Below, in pieces: positions 1 to 9,085 of a DNA stretch of 64,000 nucleotides (its first letter is position 1; every line of letters starts with the position of its first letter). The position numbers and the translations under genes were made by a program. The stretch is from the IMG/VR virus record IMGVR_UViG_3300043464_001630, positions 62,001 through 126,000 of that record. One strand, 5' to 3'. The notes below the pieces were generated by a model. That model had not been told where the DNA came from and ran no database searches. It was given only the letters and a program-made list of their open reading frames with translations.

Positions 1-1
1 T

Positions 2-148
2 TCTTCACCTAAATTAGAATATTCATTTAATGAAGAATTAGGATTAAAAGTAATAAATGTACATGAAATGGGTCATGACGATTATTGCGAGTTCGAAATT
101 GTTGATGAAAAGCTTTGGATGTTAGCAGTTGTTAAATATGGCTTCTAA
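2..148 (+). CDS. 3' end of a hypothetical protein entering from the left edge
   Basis: Open frame 2 (SSPKLEYSFNEELG...VVKYGF*) ending at TAA 146-148, overlapping the convergent stop of the 145..1197 gene. Confidence 0.5.
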   Translation, partial: SSPKLEYSFNEELGLKVINVHEMGHDDYCEFEIVDEKLWMLAVVKYGF

Positions 149-1197
149 GCCGTAGGAGTTTTGTATCCGTGCTGAATTGGGGCTGCTGTACCTATATTGC
201 CAGAATTCAGTACGGATGCTCTAGCTCTCATTTGTTCATTACCCGTAGTGAATGAAAGTGGTATATTATTGAACGGATGTTGATGAGGAAGAACAAATAC
301 CGAATATTCTGGATTTTTATGACTTCCTCCGTTACCAGCACTAGATGCTACGCTAGTTCCTCCGTCTGATAAAACCAAAACAGGAACCTTGTCGGGGCCT
401 GTCCAAGGAGATTTTGGAGCACCGATACTATTATACAAATTTTTAATATAACTTACATCAGCATATGCAATAATAGCAGTTCCTCCTCCACCTTTTCCGT
501 CTCCGTTTATTCCACTAGAAGACATTAACTGTCCAAAACTACCAATACCTCCTCCTGTGTATTGAACTTCTGCTGGACAAGTGATATGGTTTACATAAAC
601 TTCTCCATCAATAAATGCACATCCATTGATAATTGCATTTTTAGCCACTCCTAAATTAGAATTAACTACAACCTGATTTGGAGTTTCGAGATTCATAGAA
701 TCTGATTTCAATGATATATTATTACCAGATCTAATATTAACATTTCCTTCCGAAGCTACGTTCATTTCTTCCGAAGCAGAAATGATACTTCTTCCGCCAG
801 AACCTAATCGCATGTTTCCAGCAGTTGCTATACTAGCACCTCCTGCTCCTACAGAAACATCATACTTATTTCCAATATTTAAAGAATAAGTTCCGCAAGG
901 AAATTTACTATTTTCTACTTCTTCTGTATAAGGAACTGGTTCGTTTTTTACGAAAGATCCTTTTCCTTCGATATCTACAGACTTGGGTCTGAATTCTCCT
1001 TTAACATCTTTTCTAATATGAGGAAAAGTATTTGTGGCTGCACCTATGTGTTCTTGTTTATCTTTTTCGTAAGAAATTATTTGATTTCCTCCTGCCTTGA
1101 TATTGCTTTCAATTGGAATCAAATTTTCACAAACTTTTGCTAAAACTTCACCTTGATTTGATTTATCAAATTTTTGTGTATTCGTTACGTCTGGCAT
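145..1197 (-). CDS. Baseplate spike, gp5-C-like beta-helix protein with distal HxH motif
   Basis: Gly/Ser/Val/Ile-rich beta-strand repeats (VSVGAGGASIATAGNMRLGSGG...VNIRSGNNISLKS); LPHQHPF near C-terminus; directly downstream of and in frame with the gp5 OB-fold gene. Confidence 0.65.
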   Translation of the reverse strand: MPDVTNTQKFDKSNQGEVLAKVCENLIPIESNIKAGGNQIISYEKDKQEHIGAATNTFPHIRKDVKGEFRPKSVDIEGKGSFVKNEPVPYTEEVENSKFPCGTYSLNIGNKYDVSVGAGGASIATAGNMRLGSGGRSIISASEEMNVASEGNVNIRSGNNISLKSDSMNLETPNQVVVNSNLGVAKNAIINGCAFIDGEVYVNHITCPAEVQYTGGGIGSFGQLMSSSGINGDGKGGGGTAIIAYADVSYIKNLYNSIGAPKSPWTGPDKVPVLVLSDGGTSVASSAGNGGSHKNPEYSVFVLPHQHPFNNIPLSFTTGNEQMRARASVLNSGNIGTAAPIQHGYKTPTA

Positions 1198-1209
1198 ATT
1201 ATTTTATAT

Positions 1210-2436
1210 TTAAGCAGGTTTTACTCCTAATTCAACATGCTGAACCTTTTTCATATATTTACTAGGATTCATACCCTTTAACAGATTTGTCCAATTTGTA
1301 GACAATGTTAATTGATTTGATGGATGAGAAAAGGTATTGTTTGCGTTTCCCTTAGATGCGCCACTCTTTGTGGGGTCTGTTATTTTTCTTTCTTTTTGTG
1401 AAAATTGTGCAGATTGAGCAAATGCAGGTGCTGCGGTTTCTACCCATTCGTCGTAGTACGTTTTGTTATCAGGATCTCCGTATGTTAAATAATGATCTCC
1501 TTCGTACCTTTCGTGATTATCTCCCATCACACGAATTGCGCGATCACCTTTTACTGTGTGGGTTTCTTGCTGATTAACAACAGAGATTTTATTTTCTACT
1601 GCAACTTCTGCGGTTACGTGATTTGAAATTTCATAAAAAGAACCGCTATAATGTGATATTTTTATTTTTTCAAAATCATCAGTTTCAATAAATTCTAATG
1701 ATCCTGCTTTTGAATTGAAAACTGTTTTTCCTGTAAAGAAAAAAGGTTCGCCATCTTGCATGTTTTCGCTTCCTGCTGGATAATGTAAGTCTGGATTACT
1801 TCCTTGTGTATTCATTACACTATTCCAATCTGACTTGTCGAATACATATCCGATATATACAGGATAATCTAAACTACCATTTTCGAAAAATACCCAAACT
1901 TGCGATCCAACACGAGGAACCGAAAACATTCCTTTTGTTGCATTGTTAATTGGTGATGGTGCTAATGTTTGATTATAAACATCACATATTCCAGTTTTAT
2001 ATCCCACATCAAACCCTCCGGGAATTGCATTAACCGATGCTGCTGCTTTTGGTGATACACTTTCGCCCGATGGTGTAATACTTTCTTCACCTAATGGTTC
2101 ACGCAAAGTTCCCCGATATCCTTCTCCTACGGTTGCGTCTCCATTTTTAGCATTAAACACCCCAGCGGTTCCTCCTCCAATTAACGGTGCGGCTTGTTCT
2201 GCCCATTTCAATACATCACAAAATTTTTGTAAAATGTCTCTGCTGTAAATTGTATTGATATTATCTCCTACAAATCGTGCATTGTAAATATCAGGAGGCA
2301 ATCCTAGATCTCTTGCTAATTGTGAAGTAAATTCTGGTATTGCTATTTTAACTCGTCCTCTTCTGTCTGGGTCATTGTTTTGTACAACAGTTCCCCGAAA
2401 GAATCCATAATGTTTTTCTTCGAAAGGATTTGGCAT
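1210..2436 (-). CDS. gp5: Baseplate hub, gp5/VgrG OB-fold N-terminal part, no lysozyme domain
   Basis: YGFFRGTVVQNNDPDRRGRVK and GMFSVPRVGSQVWVFFENGSLDYPVYIG are typical gp5 OB-fold motifs, followed by the start of beta-helix repeats. Confidence 0.8.
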   Translation of the reverse strand: MPNPFEEKHYGFFRGTVVQNNDPDRRGRVKIAIPEFTSQLARDLGLPPDIYNARFVGDNINTIYSRDILQKFCDVLKWAEQAAPLIGGGTAGVFNAKNGDATVGEGYRGTLREPLGEESITPSGESVSPKAAASVNAIPGGFDVGYKTGICDVYNQTLAPSPINNATKGMFSVPRVGSQVWVFFENGSLDYPVYIGYVFDKSDWNSVMNTQGSNPDLHYPAGSENMQDGEPFFFTGKTVFNSKAGSLEFIETDDFEKIKISHYSGSFYEISNHVTAEVAVENKISVVNQQETHTVKGDRAIRVMGDNHERYEGDHYLTYGDPDNKTYYDEWVETAAPAFAQSAQFSQKERKITDPTKSGASKGNANNTFSHPSNQLTLSTNWTNLLKGMNPSKYMKKVQHVELGVKPA

Positions 2437-2437
2437 A

Positions 2438-3019
2438 CTATGTTAATAATTTAGTTTGAAGATCTGCTTTTACTAGAAATTGAGTGTGACGATTTACGAA
2501 CGTATCAATAGTTCCGTTCACTTTTAATGATTCTTTGGTCACATTATTTGCGATCTTTCCTATGTGTTTATCTACATTCATTGCTACTTTATTTGTTATT
2601 TTATTAATAGCATTTTGTGCTAAACAATTCATAAGTTCCGCAGCAAATCCAGAACAATCTTGTTTGTTTTTAAAGTAATTATCCATATTAGTAGCTTTGT
2701 CTAATATGTTTTGTACTCCTACTAATGTATCTGTTAGATCTTTTATTAATCCTTCTATTTTTCTAATAGGAGATAATACAGAATTAACTATTTGATCTAC
2801 TCGTTCCATTATAACAGTTGTTACTGCTCCTATAATGGCAGATACCATTCCTGCTGCTACACTTGCTAGACCTCCTAGTATAGATGCTGGATTTGGTATT
2901 GCTCCAACTATAGCTGATTTCAAACACATCAAACCATTTGATGCGGAAATTAATTTATCAACAGTACCGTTAACTGGATTTAAGAATCCTGTTTTGTTAC
3001 GTTCGAATAATAATCCCAT
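2438..3019 (-). CDS. Hypothetical helical late protein (baseplate neighbourhood)
   Basis: Start moved to ATG 3019 (MGLLFERNK) because TAAATA lies 5 nt upstream; hydrophobic central helix. Confidence 0.7.
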   Translation of the reverse strand: MGLLFERNKTGFLNPVNGTVDKLISASNGLMCLKSAIVGAIPNPASILGGLASVAAGMVSAIIGAVTTVIMERVDQIVNSVLSPIRKIEGLIKDLTDTLVGVQNILDKATNMDNYFKNKQDCSGFAAELMNCLAQNAINKITNKVAMNVDKHIGKIANNVTKESLKVNGTIDTFVNRHTQFLVKADLQTKLLT

Positions 3020-3044
3020 AAAAATATTTAACATCAAAATACAA

Positions 3045-3072
3045 AAAACCCCACCATTTCTGGTGGGGTTTT
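3045..3072 (-). terminator. Intrinsic terminator
   Basis: AAAACCCCACCA-TTTC-TGGTGGGGTTTT inverted repeat with T6 on the minus strand, after the 3103..3744 gene. Confidence 0.8.
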
Positions 3073-3102
3073 ATGCCTACGAAAACTTAAACAACAACAA
3101 AA

Positions 3103-3744
3103 TTAGATTTCAATAGCAAAGCGACGACGTTCATTAGGCCCACGATTATCAAAACCGATAGCACCAGTCACAACTTGTGTAGCAGTGGCGGTAGCCACTG
3201 TGAATGTAGTAGTGGAACGATCTGGGAAATAAAGACTAAAAGTTGCGCCGTCGTATTCTGGAGCTACCTTAAATTGAATACGATCAGCTACAGAAAGTGT
3301 AACACTGGCAGTAGATGCACCAGAGAGTTCATCAAAAAGAATTCCATTTACAGGTACTCCGTTGTAGCTACCAGAAGAGAAAATAGAAGTAGCAGTGATA
3401 CGAGAAGTTAATACATCAACTTGTGTACTGAGTAAGGGAGTAGATGCATAAATTGCGGTAAGCGCACCGAATTGTAGATCTGTATATTTCGTATTCAATG
3501 GAATACCACTTGCGACCCAACCAGCAAAAAATCCAGAAAGAACAGAACTTCCAGTGATAGCAGTATTTTGTGTAGAACTAAGTGGAGGAGTAGTAAATAC
3601 TGTATTAGGAACTGCGGTAGCGGTGTTAAAAACAGTTACAGTGGGAAGAAAAACTACAGAATTATTAGATGCAGAAAGACTAACTCCAATTTGAGGAGGA
3701 TTTTCTGCTGCTGAATTGAATACGAAATTCGTAAATGTTGCCAT
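3103..3744 (-). CDS. Ser/Thr-rich putative virion structural protein
   Basis: 213 aa, S/T/A/V-rich beta-type composition, late motif TAAATA-N5-ATG. Confidence 0.6.
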   Translation of the reverse strand: MATFTNFVFNSAAENPPQIGVSLSASNNSVVFLPTVTVFNTATAVPNTVFTTPPLSSTQNTAITGSSVLSGFFAGWVASGIPLNTKYTDLQFGALTAIYASTPLLSTQVDVLTSRITATSIFSSGSYNGVPVNGILFDELSGASTASVTLSVADRIQFKVAPEYDGATFSLYFPDRSTTTFTVATATATQVVTGAIGFDNRGPNERRRFAIEI

Positions 3745-3797
3745 ATTTTTATTTATCTTTATATGACTATTTTTTCAATTATAAAGTAAATAATAGT

Positions 3798-4070
3798 ATG
3801 AATTTCGAAATGTTATTAGAAAGAATGGAACTACTAGAAGCCAAATGTACAAAGGTAACAAAGAAAGCACATTCAAACAGAAAAGGAAAAAAGTGGACTA
3901 AATGTGCTCGTCAATCTGATGGTAGTATTAAACGAATTCACTGGGGACAAGCAGGTGTGCGCGTAGGAAGTGGAAATTCCAAACGTGCTAAAAGCTTTCG
4001 TAAAAGGCATGGCTGTAGCAAAGCAAAAGCAGGAACTCCAAAAGCAATGAGCTGCAAAAATTGGAAATAG
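3798..4070 (+). CDS. Small basic Cys-containing protein (KSFRKRHxC type seen in T4-like phages)
   Basis: Start at 3798 (TAAATA 3787-3792, N5); Lys/Arg-rich; RAKSFRKRHGCS...MSCKNW. Confidence 0.7.
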   Translation: MNFEMLLERMELLEAKCTKVTKKAHSNRKGKKWTKCARQSDGSIKRIHWGQAGVRVGSGNSKRAKSFRKRHGCSKAKAGTPKAMSCKNWK

Positions 4071-4096
4071 CTTATTACCAAATACTTATAAAATAT

Positions 4097-4465
4097 TTAC
4101 TTCCTCCGTGGACTACTTGTAGTTCCAAATTTAGCATTCTTTAAAGATCTTAAATTCTTTTTAGCATCTTTTTCTACGTTTGGATTATAAGATTTCCAGT
4201 CACCCAGATGTCCAATTTTTAAATGACATCCCGCATCTCCTTTTTCTTCACACAATGTAATTAGATTTGTAGCTTCTAATTCTAATTCTGGATGAATATG
4301 AAACGGCTTTTTGTGGTGAACTTGAAGGTTATTAGAGTTACCACAATTTGCACAAGTTTTATTAGATTCTAAAAATTCTTTACGAACCTTTTGCCACTTG
4401 GATGATCTTACAGAAAATGGCTTTCCTTGTAACTTTTCTTTAATGGCAACTACGAATCTAATCAT
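4097..4465 (-). CDS. HNH endonuclease
   Basis: CxxC...QVHHKKP...NLITLC...CHLKIGH zinc/HNH pattern. Confidence 0.85.
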   Translation of the reverse strand: MIRFVVAIKEKLQGKPFSVRSSKWQKVRKEFLESNKTCANCGNSNNLQVHHKKPFHIHPELELEATNLITLCEEKGDAGCHLKIGHLGDWKSYNPNVEKDAKKNLRSLKNAKFGTTSSPRRK

Positions 4466-4790
4466 TTAAGTATTTAATGTATAAATCTTTCGGATCTTCA
4501 AATAGATTAAAATAAGAACCGAATTTACTTCCCATGAAAAACGATTCACCATTCCATTCGTAAATTAAAGTATAGTCAGTATTATCTTCGTATTTCAAAA
4601 TGACATCATAATCTTCTATATATTCCGTAGAAATTTCTACTTCGAAGTCTTTACACATAAATTGGTGCTTGTCCATTATGTGATCTATGACAATATTCAT
4701 TTCTGTACTGATATAATCATATAACCCATCTTCGGATTCAATCCTCCACATCAATCTGTCTGGGTCGTAAAATCTACAAATCTTTTTCAT
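4458..4790 (-). CDS. Hypothetical acidic protein
   Basis: 110-aa ORF with TAATG coupling to the upstream gene. Confidence 0.65.
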   Translation of the reverse strand: MKKICRFYDPDRLMWRIESEDGLYDYISTEMNIVIDHIMDKHQFMCKDFEVEISTEYIEDYDVILKYEDNTDYTLIYEWNGESFFMGSKFGSYFNLFEDPKDLYIKYLND

Positions 4791-5440
4791 TAAGATTTAA
4801 TTAAAAAATAACTTAAATGTTTTTGTATCGAAAGCTCTGGGTATACAGGTTTTACTATTTTATCAAAAGCTCTTTTATATAAATTTTCTCTTTGAGAGAA
4901 TCCTCGTTTTGATTCTCTATCGTTTCTTATTTGTTTAGATATTTTATTCATTGAGAAATTCGCTAAGACATCAAAACGAATTATTCCGTTTTTAGTTCTA
5001 TTTTCCCAATCTTTTGTTGTCTTATTTACACAATTTTTATAAGAATTTAAAAACATTATCGCGATATTCATAACCGTAGAAACGATAGTCGTCGCATCGA
5101 ATGAACTTGTTTTAAGTTTAAATTTATCTATTTTAGGACGGAAAAGAATAACGAAAGTTTCTAAAACATCCTCGATAAAAAGATTTCCATTCAATGTCGA
5201 TGGATATATCATCACTTCTATTTCTTCTCCTGTTTTATTTTCAAAATAACATTTTATATAATAAACTGGATTTTTGCTTTTATATTTTAAATGATAATTA
5301 AATATCTTATCAAAATTTGGAAATCTTTCTTCTCTACCAGCAGCAAATACTGCCGTTATTTCTTTTAATGGATAAGAATTATCGAATAATTCACATAATA
5401 AATATTTTTCATAAATCAGTTCATTATCCGATAAGTTCAT
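4790..5440 (-). CDS. Hypothetical late protein with N-terminal IYEKY..L.E signature
   Basis: 216-aa ORF, perfect TATAAATA 5 nt upstream. Confidence 0.7.
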   Translation of the reverse strand: MNLSDNELIYEKYLLCELFDNSYPLKEITAVFAAGREERFPNFDKIFNYHLKYKSKNPVYYIKCYFENKTGEEIEVMIYPSTLNGNLFIEDVLETFVILFRPKIDKFKLKTSSFDATTIVSTVMNIAIMFLNSYKNCVNKTTKDWENRTKNGIIRFDVLANFSMNKISKQIRNDRESKRGFSQRENLYKRAFDKIVKPVYPELSIQKHLSYFLIKS

Positions 5441-5445
5441 ATCAT

Positions 5446-5453
5446 TATTTATA
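5446..5453 (-). promoter_or_regulatory. T4-type late promoter TATAAATA
   Basis: Exact T4 gp55 consensus, 5 nt before ATG 5440. Confidence 0.8.
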
Positions 5454-5976
5454 AGTACTTTTTTAATTCTGAATATATTACCAATCTTTCGTCTTTATTC
5501 TTAAAGATCAGTTCTTTCAAATTATTAATAATTGATTTATTAAATTCTGTATCTTTCGTACTTTCTAAAAAGTTTGTGAATTCTATTTGACCTAGTTCAC
5601 AAAAATCCGCAGGAAGCATTGCTTTCTGATCAATAAAGCCGTGTGGATAATCATTAAACTTGTCTTTATTGCTGATTAAATCTCTGAAATAATAATCGAT
5701 AGCTTCCGAATTTAATTGCACGAAATAAGGAATTCTTATTAATTTAAATCCCAAATCATTTGCTACTCGATTTTTTATTTTATCAGAAATGATTTGTTTA
5801 GAAGAATTGAAATGTCGATACCCATCAAATTCTACGATTAATTTATGATCGTAAAAAATATAATCATATCGTCCTCGTATATTAGATTCTTTTAAGACTC
5901 TGTCGTTTTCGAAATTATCAGAGAATCTTTGCCTGAGGAAATCACCAAGTAAATTTTCGGTTAAATATTCTTTCAT
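5449..5976 (-). CDS. Vsr/DUF559-like PD-(D/E)xK endonuclease
   Basis: RYDYIFYDHKLIVEFDGYRHF...KNRVANDLGFKLIRIPY pattern. Confidence 0.75.
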   Translation of the reverse strand: MKEYLTENLLGDFLRQRFSDNFENDRVLKESNIRGRYDYIFYDHKLIVEFDGYRHFNSSKQIISDKIKNRVANDLGFKLIRIPYFVQLNSEAIDYYFRDLISNKDKFNDYPHGFIDQKAMLPADFCELGQIEFTNFLESTKDTEFNKSIINNLKELIFKNKDERLVIYSELKKYL

Positions 5977-5977
5977 T

Positions 5978-6454
5978 TTATCGATTGAACCCTACTGTTT
6001 TGATTTTATTTTTAAAATCTTCACTTTTAGCATAGTTCTCTACTCCATATTTTTCCATATTCGTAGCCTTTATCCTTTGCTTTCCTTCTTCAGAAGCTAG
6101 ATAGTTAGTAGAACCGTATTTTGCCAAATTAGTTTCTTTCAATTTTTCCATTCTATCTTCCGATTTTATATGGCAAGTTCTGCTGCATGATGTCTGCCAG
6201 CCGTTATTTGAATTAAAAATTGTATTTTTGCCACATACTTTACACTTGGGATTTTCAAAAACTTCTTCAACATAAGACCTAACTCTCACAGAAAACGCAT
6301 AACCACTATTGTCTAAAAATGAAGTTTTTTCTATGACTTCATCAAAAGCATCTTTTCCGAACTGTGAAATGAACATCTTTTCTTTAACAAAACGATATGA
6401 TCCGTTGTATTTATTTTTCAATAAATCCGACACTTTATTTTTTAAGTTTTCCAT
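5978..6454 (-). CDS. Zinc-ribbon protein with TNxxKYGxxN repeats (homing-endonuclease-associated DNA-binding region)
   Basis: CKVC...CSRTC plus KETNLAKYGSTN / KATNMEKYGVEN repeats; start moved to 6454 from TTGATA-N16-TATATT-N8-ATG. Confidence 0.7.
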   Translation of the reverse strand: MENLKNKVSDLLKNKYNGSYRFVKEKMFISQFGKDAFDEVIEKTSFLDNSGYAFSVRVRSYVEEVFENPKCKVCGKNTIFNSNNGWQTSCSRTCHIKSEDRMEKLKETNLAKYGSTNYLASEEGKQRIKATNMEKYGVENYAKSEDFKNKIKTVGFNR

Positions 6455-6508
6455 AGACCCCCAATATATCATCTCTTAATAAATTATCAATAAATTTTTA
6501 AATTATTT

Positions 6509-7294
6509 TTATTCGTCTATTCTTCCTGTAGATTCGAATACACAGCCAACTTCGAAATTATGGGTAGTTCTAGATGTTCTTCTTTTAATTTTGAAAGTTT
6601 GTCCCTTACTTAACATTGTGAAATATTCTCCATCTATTTTAAGTTCATTCATAAAATTTGTGTAGTTGTATAGATATTCTTGAGTATTTCCATTTGGATG
6701 AGTAACTCTAATGTTTAGTTTGAAATGGCCGAACTCTCTTAATTTTTTTGAAAATTCCTTTTGTTTTTCGCTAGTTCCATTATTTTTATAATATTGTTTT
6801 AATTTTTCTGAATTATCTTTACATTTCTTTAAATGCATTTGTTTGAAATTTTCATCATTTTTGTATTTCTCTTTCATGGTTGCGGATTGTTTGATTCTTC
6901 CCAATAATTGTAATTCTGTGTGTCCTTCTTTGTATCTTTTCTTTTTAGTTGTTGATATTTTTTCAAAAACTTGATTTTTGAAAGATTCATCAAAATAACA
7001 AAGCATATACCCACCAGTTCCTCCAATATGGATATTGTAACAATTTTTTCCATATTTATACTTCAATCTTCTTATTAATTTTTTCTCTAATAAATCTAAT
7101 TTTTCTTTACTGTCTATTTTTAATTTTAACCAACGTCTGGTGAAATTTTCTCTTCCGTACTTTTTAACTGCTTTCAGAAAAATGGTAGTGCCAGAACCAA
7201 TATAATCATCGGTTCTATATCCTATGTGTTGTCCTCCGTAAACTTTTCCATTTATGTTGTTGACTGTTATATATAATAAAAATTCTTTTTGCAT
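6509..7294 (-). mobile_element. Free-standing GIY-YIG (Seg-like) homing endonuclease gene
   Basis: LLYITVNNINGKVYGGQH...YIGSGT...NF.R..L...E motif; basic C-terminal half; immediately downstream of gp23; start at 7294 (TAAATA-N7-ATG). Confidence 0.85.
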
Positions 7295-7364
7295 ATGAAG
7301 GTATTTACTATAATGATAACCGGAAATATAGCAATTTGTTAGATAAAAGCATAATGACAAAAAA

Positions 7365-7394
7365 AAAACACCGCAGATTTCTCTGCGGTGTTTT
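7365..7394 (-). terminator. Intrinsic terminator after gp23
   Basis: AAAACACCGCAGA-TTTC-TCTGCGGTGTTTT stem with a long T-run on the minus strand. Confidence 0.9.
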
Positions 7395-7426
7395 GTAAGT
7401 TACTTATTTTTAAGTATTTATGTGAC

Positions 7427-8983
7427 TTAAAAATATATTGAGCTGTTACCGGGCGTAAATGCCTGACCAAGATTCTTGAGAATAATGGTGTGGTAGTATA
7501 AACTAGCTCCGAAGATGTTATCTACCACCCCATATCTCGTCAATAGTCCAACGCGAGGAGCGAAGTCATTCGGTCCGATTGTGCGTTGTACCATTACAGG
7601 AATGTAAGGGCAATAGATGATACCAGAATCATAAAATTCAGTACCTTTGTATCCGAGGAGTGCATACTCGATGCCTTCTGGACCAGTACCAACTCCATAG
7701 CCTACGTCACCATAAACTCCACTGTTCTGTACTTCGGTGCGTGTATCACGATAAACTTGGAAACGACCACCGAGTGAACCAACTTTAGCTACGCCAGTTT
7801 GCTGGGTAGAAACGTTGCCTTGTACAGTTACCCACTGGAATTCGGGGAGCATTTCAAAAATAGCGCACACGCGAGGTGTTGCTACGATGAAGTTTGCTGG
7901 TCCACGACGATTGCGGATAGCGATACGATTTGCTTCAATAATTACTCTCTGGTAGAAGTCACGATTACGTTCAACAAGCCAACGGCCATCGGCAGTAGAT
8001 GGAGACCAGACTGAGAATCCTTTACGGAAACCACCATTTAAGGAGGTTTGGATCATACGGATAATCATTTCACGGTCGATTTCTGCTTGAATCTCATATG
8101 CCATTGCATTAGTGATTTCAGCGTCGATATCAATACCGTTCATGTTACGTAAGTCTTGCTCTAGCTCGACAGACCATTTTGCACCTAACCTACGAGTACC
8201 AGCTTCAACGGCAGTCTTCTCGAAGGATACTTCAACAGTTGGGATGTTTGCGTTGATTTCGAAATTCTTGAGAATTTCAGCAACACCACCATCAGCAGCA
8301 TTAAAGTTCCACGTTACGCCAGATTCGGCATGAGTACCGAGACCTGATAGCGCACCAGCAGAAACGCCAGTGAAACGTGAATCGAGATATTGCCATCCTA
8401 GTTCGTTGTCGCCTTGTGGGGACTTACCACCTGCTCCACCGGGAAGACCACTTCCGAAGTTATCACCAGAAGCTCTGTAATTTACAGTAGTTTGGTTATG
8501 AACTCCGGGGGCTGCATCCCAAGAACCACTCTGAGAGGAGTCTTGATAGTTGCCACCTAGGGTATCCTTGGAGTACTTATAACGTAGAGCGAATGCTAGT
8601 CCAACGGGACCAGACATGGGCTGAACGCCAACGATTTCGTTGGAGATAAGTTCTGGGAAGGTACGACGAATCATCGGAATAAGAATCTTAGGAAGACGAT
8701 TGTCGCCAGAAGCATAGCTATCAGAGCCACCGGGGAATGCTCCACCAGTGCCACCGTTGTTGATAGAACCGAACATAGTTCCTGTTCCACCAGCTACGTT
8801 TGCTTCACGTAAGCAATAAGCTTCTTGGTTTTCAAGTAGCATTGCAGTGTTTAGACGAGTATGATCATCTTCAATTGCGGCTACGCTCTTGCTGGTGTAG
8901 TCGAGCACTGGTGCCCACTTTTCCAAAAGAACCTTAGCGCGATCTTGATCGATGTATGATTGTGCGGGTTTGATTTGTTTCAT
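7427..8983 (-). CDS. gp23: Major capsid protein
   Basis: EIVGVQPMSGPVGLAFALR, RRLGAKWSVELEQDLRNMNGIDIDAEIT, GIIYCPYIP...FAPRVGLLTRYG. Confidence 0.98.
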   Translation of the reverse strand: MKQIKPAQSYIDQDRAKVLLEKWAPVLDYTSKSVAAIEDDHTRLNTAMLLENQEAYCLREANVAGGTGTMFGSINNGGTGGAFPGGSDSYASGDNRLPKILIPMIRRTFPELISNEIVGVQPMSGPVGLAFALRYKYSKDTLGGNYQDSSQSGSWDAAPGVHNQTTVNYRASGDNFGSGLPGGAGGKSPQGDNELGWQYLDSRFTGVSAGALSGLGTHAESGVTWNFNAADGGVAEILKNFEINANIPTVEVSFEKTAVEAGTRRLGAKWSVELEQDLRNMNGIDIDAEITNAMAYEIQAEIDREMIIRMIQTSLNGGFRKGFSVWSPSTADGRWLVERNRDFYQRVIIEANRIAIRNRRGPANFIVATPRVCAIFEMLPEFQWVTVQGNVSTQQTGVAKVGSLGGRFQVYRDTRTEVQNSGVYGDVGYGVGTGPEGIEYALLGYKGTEFYDSGIIYCPYIPVMVQRTIGPNDFAPRVGLLTRYGVVDNIFGASLYYHTIILKNLGQAFTPGNSSIYF

Positions 8984-9085
8984 ATGTGTTTGTTTTCTTT
9001 CTTTTTTAGTTTCGACCTCAAGATATTTAATATCAGGATCTCAAGTAATATTTACTTCTACCAAATTTTTATAAGAGCAAATATA

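Noticed and set aside
1210-2436. T4-type lysozyme domain in gp5
   Set aside because: No E-x8-D-x5-T catalytic pattern or room for the domain
3735-3797. Longer ORF-track starts (also 3037, 6472, 7360, 24971, 33513, 38070, 39684, 41528, 57626, 60034)
   Set aside because: Extensions run through promoter motifs or neighbouring genes; downstream starts fit the promoter spacing and family N-termini
7586-8333. Plus-strand ORFs antisense to gp23 (and similar ones against gp22, gp21, portal, gp32, rmlB-region genes)
   Set aside because: Shadow frames of well-supported genes; no promoter motif or protein-like pattern
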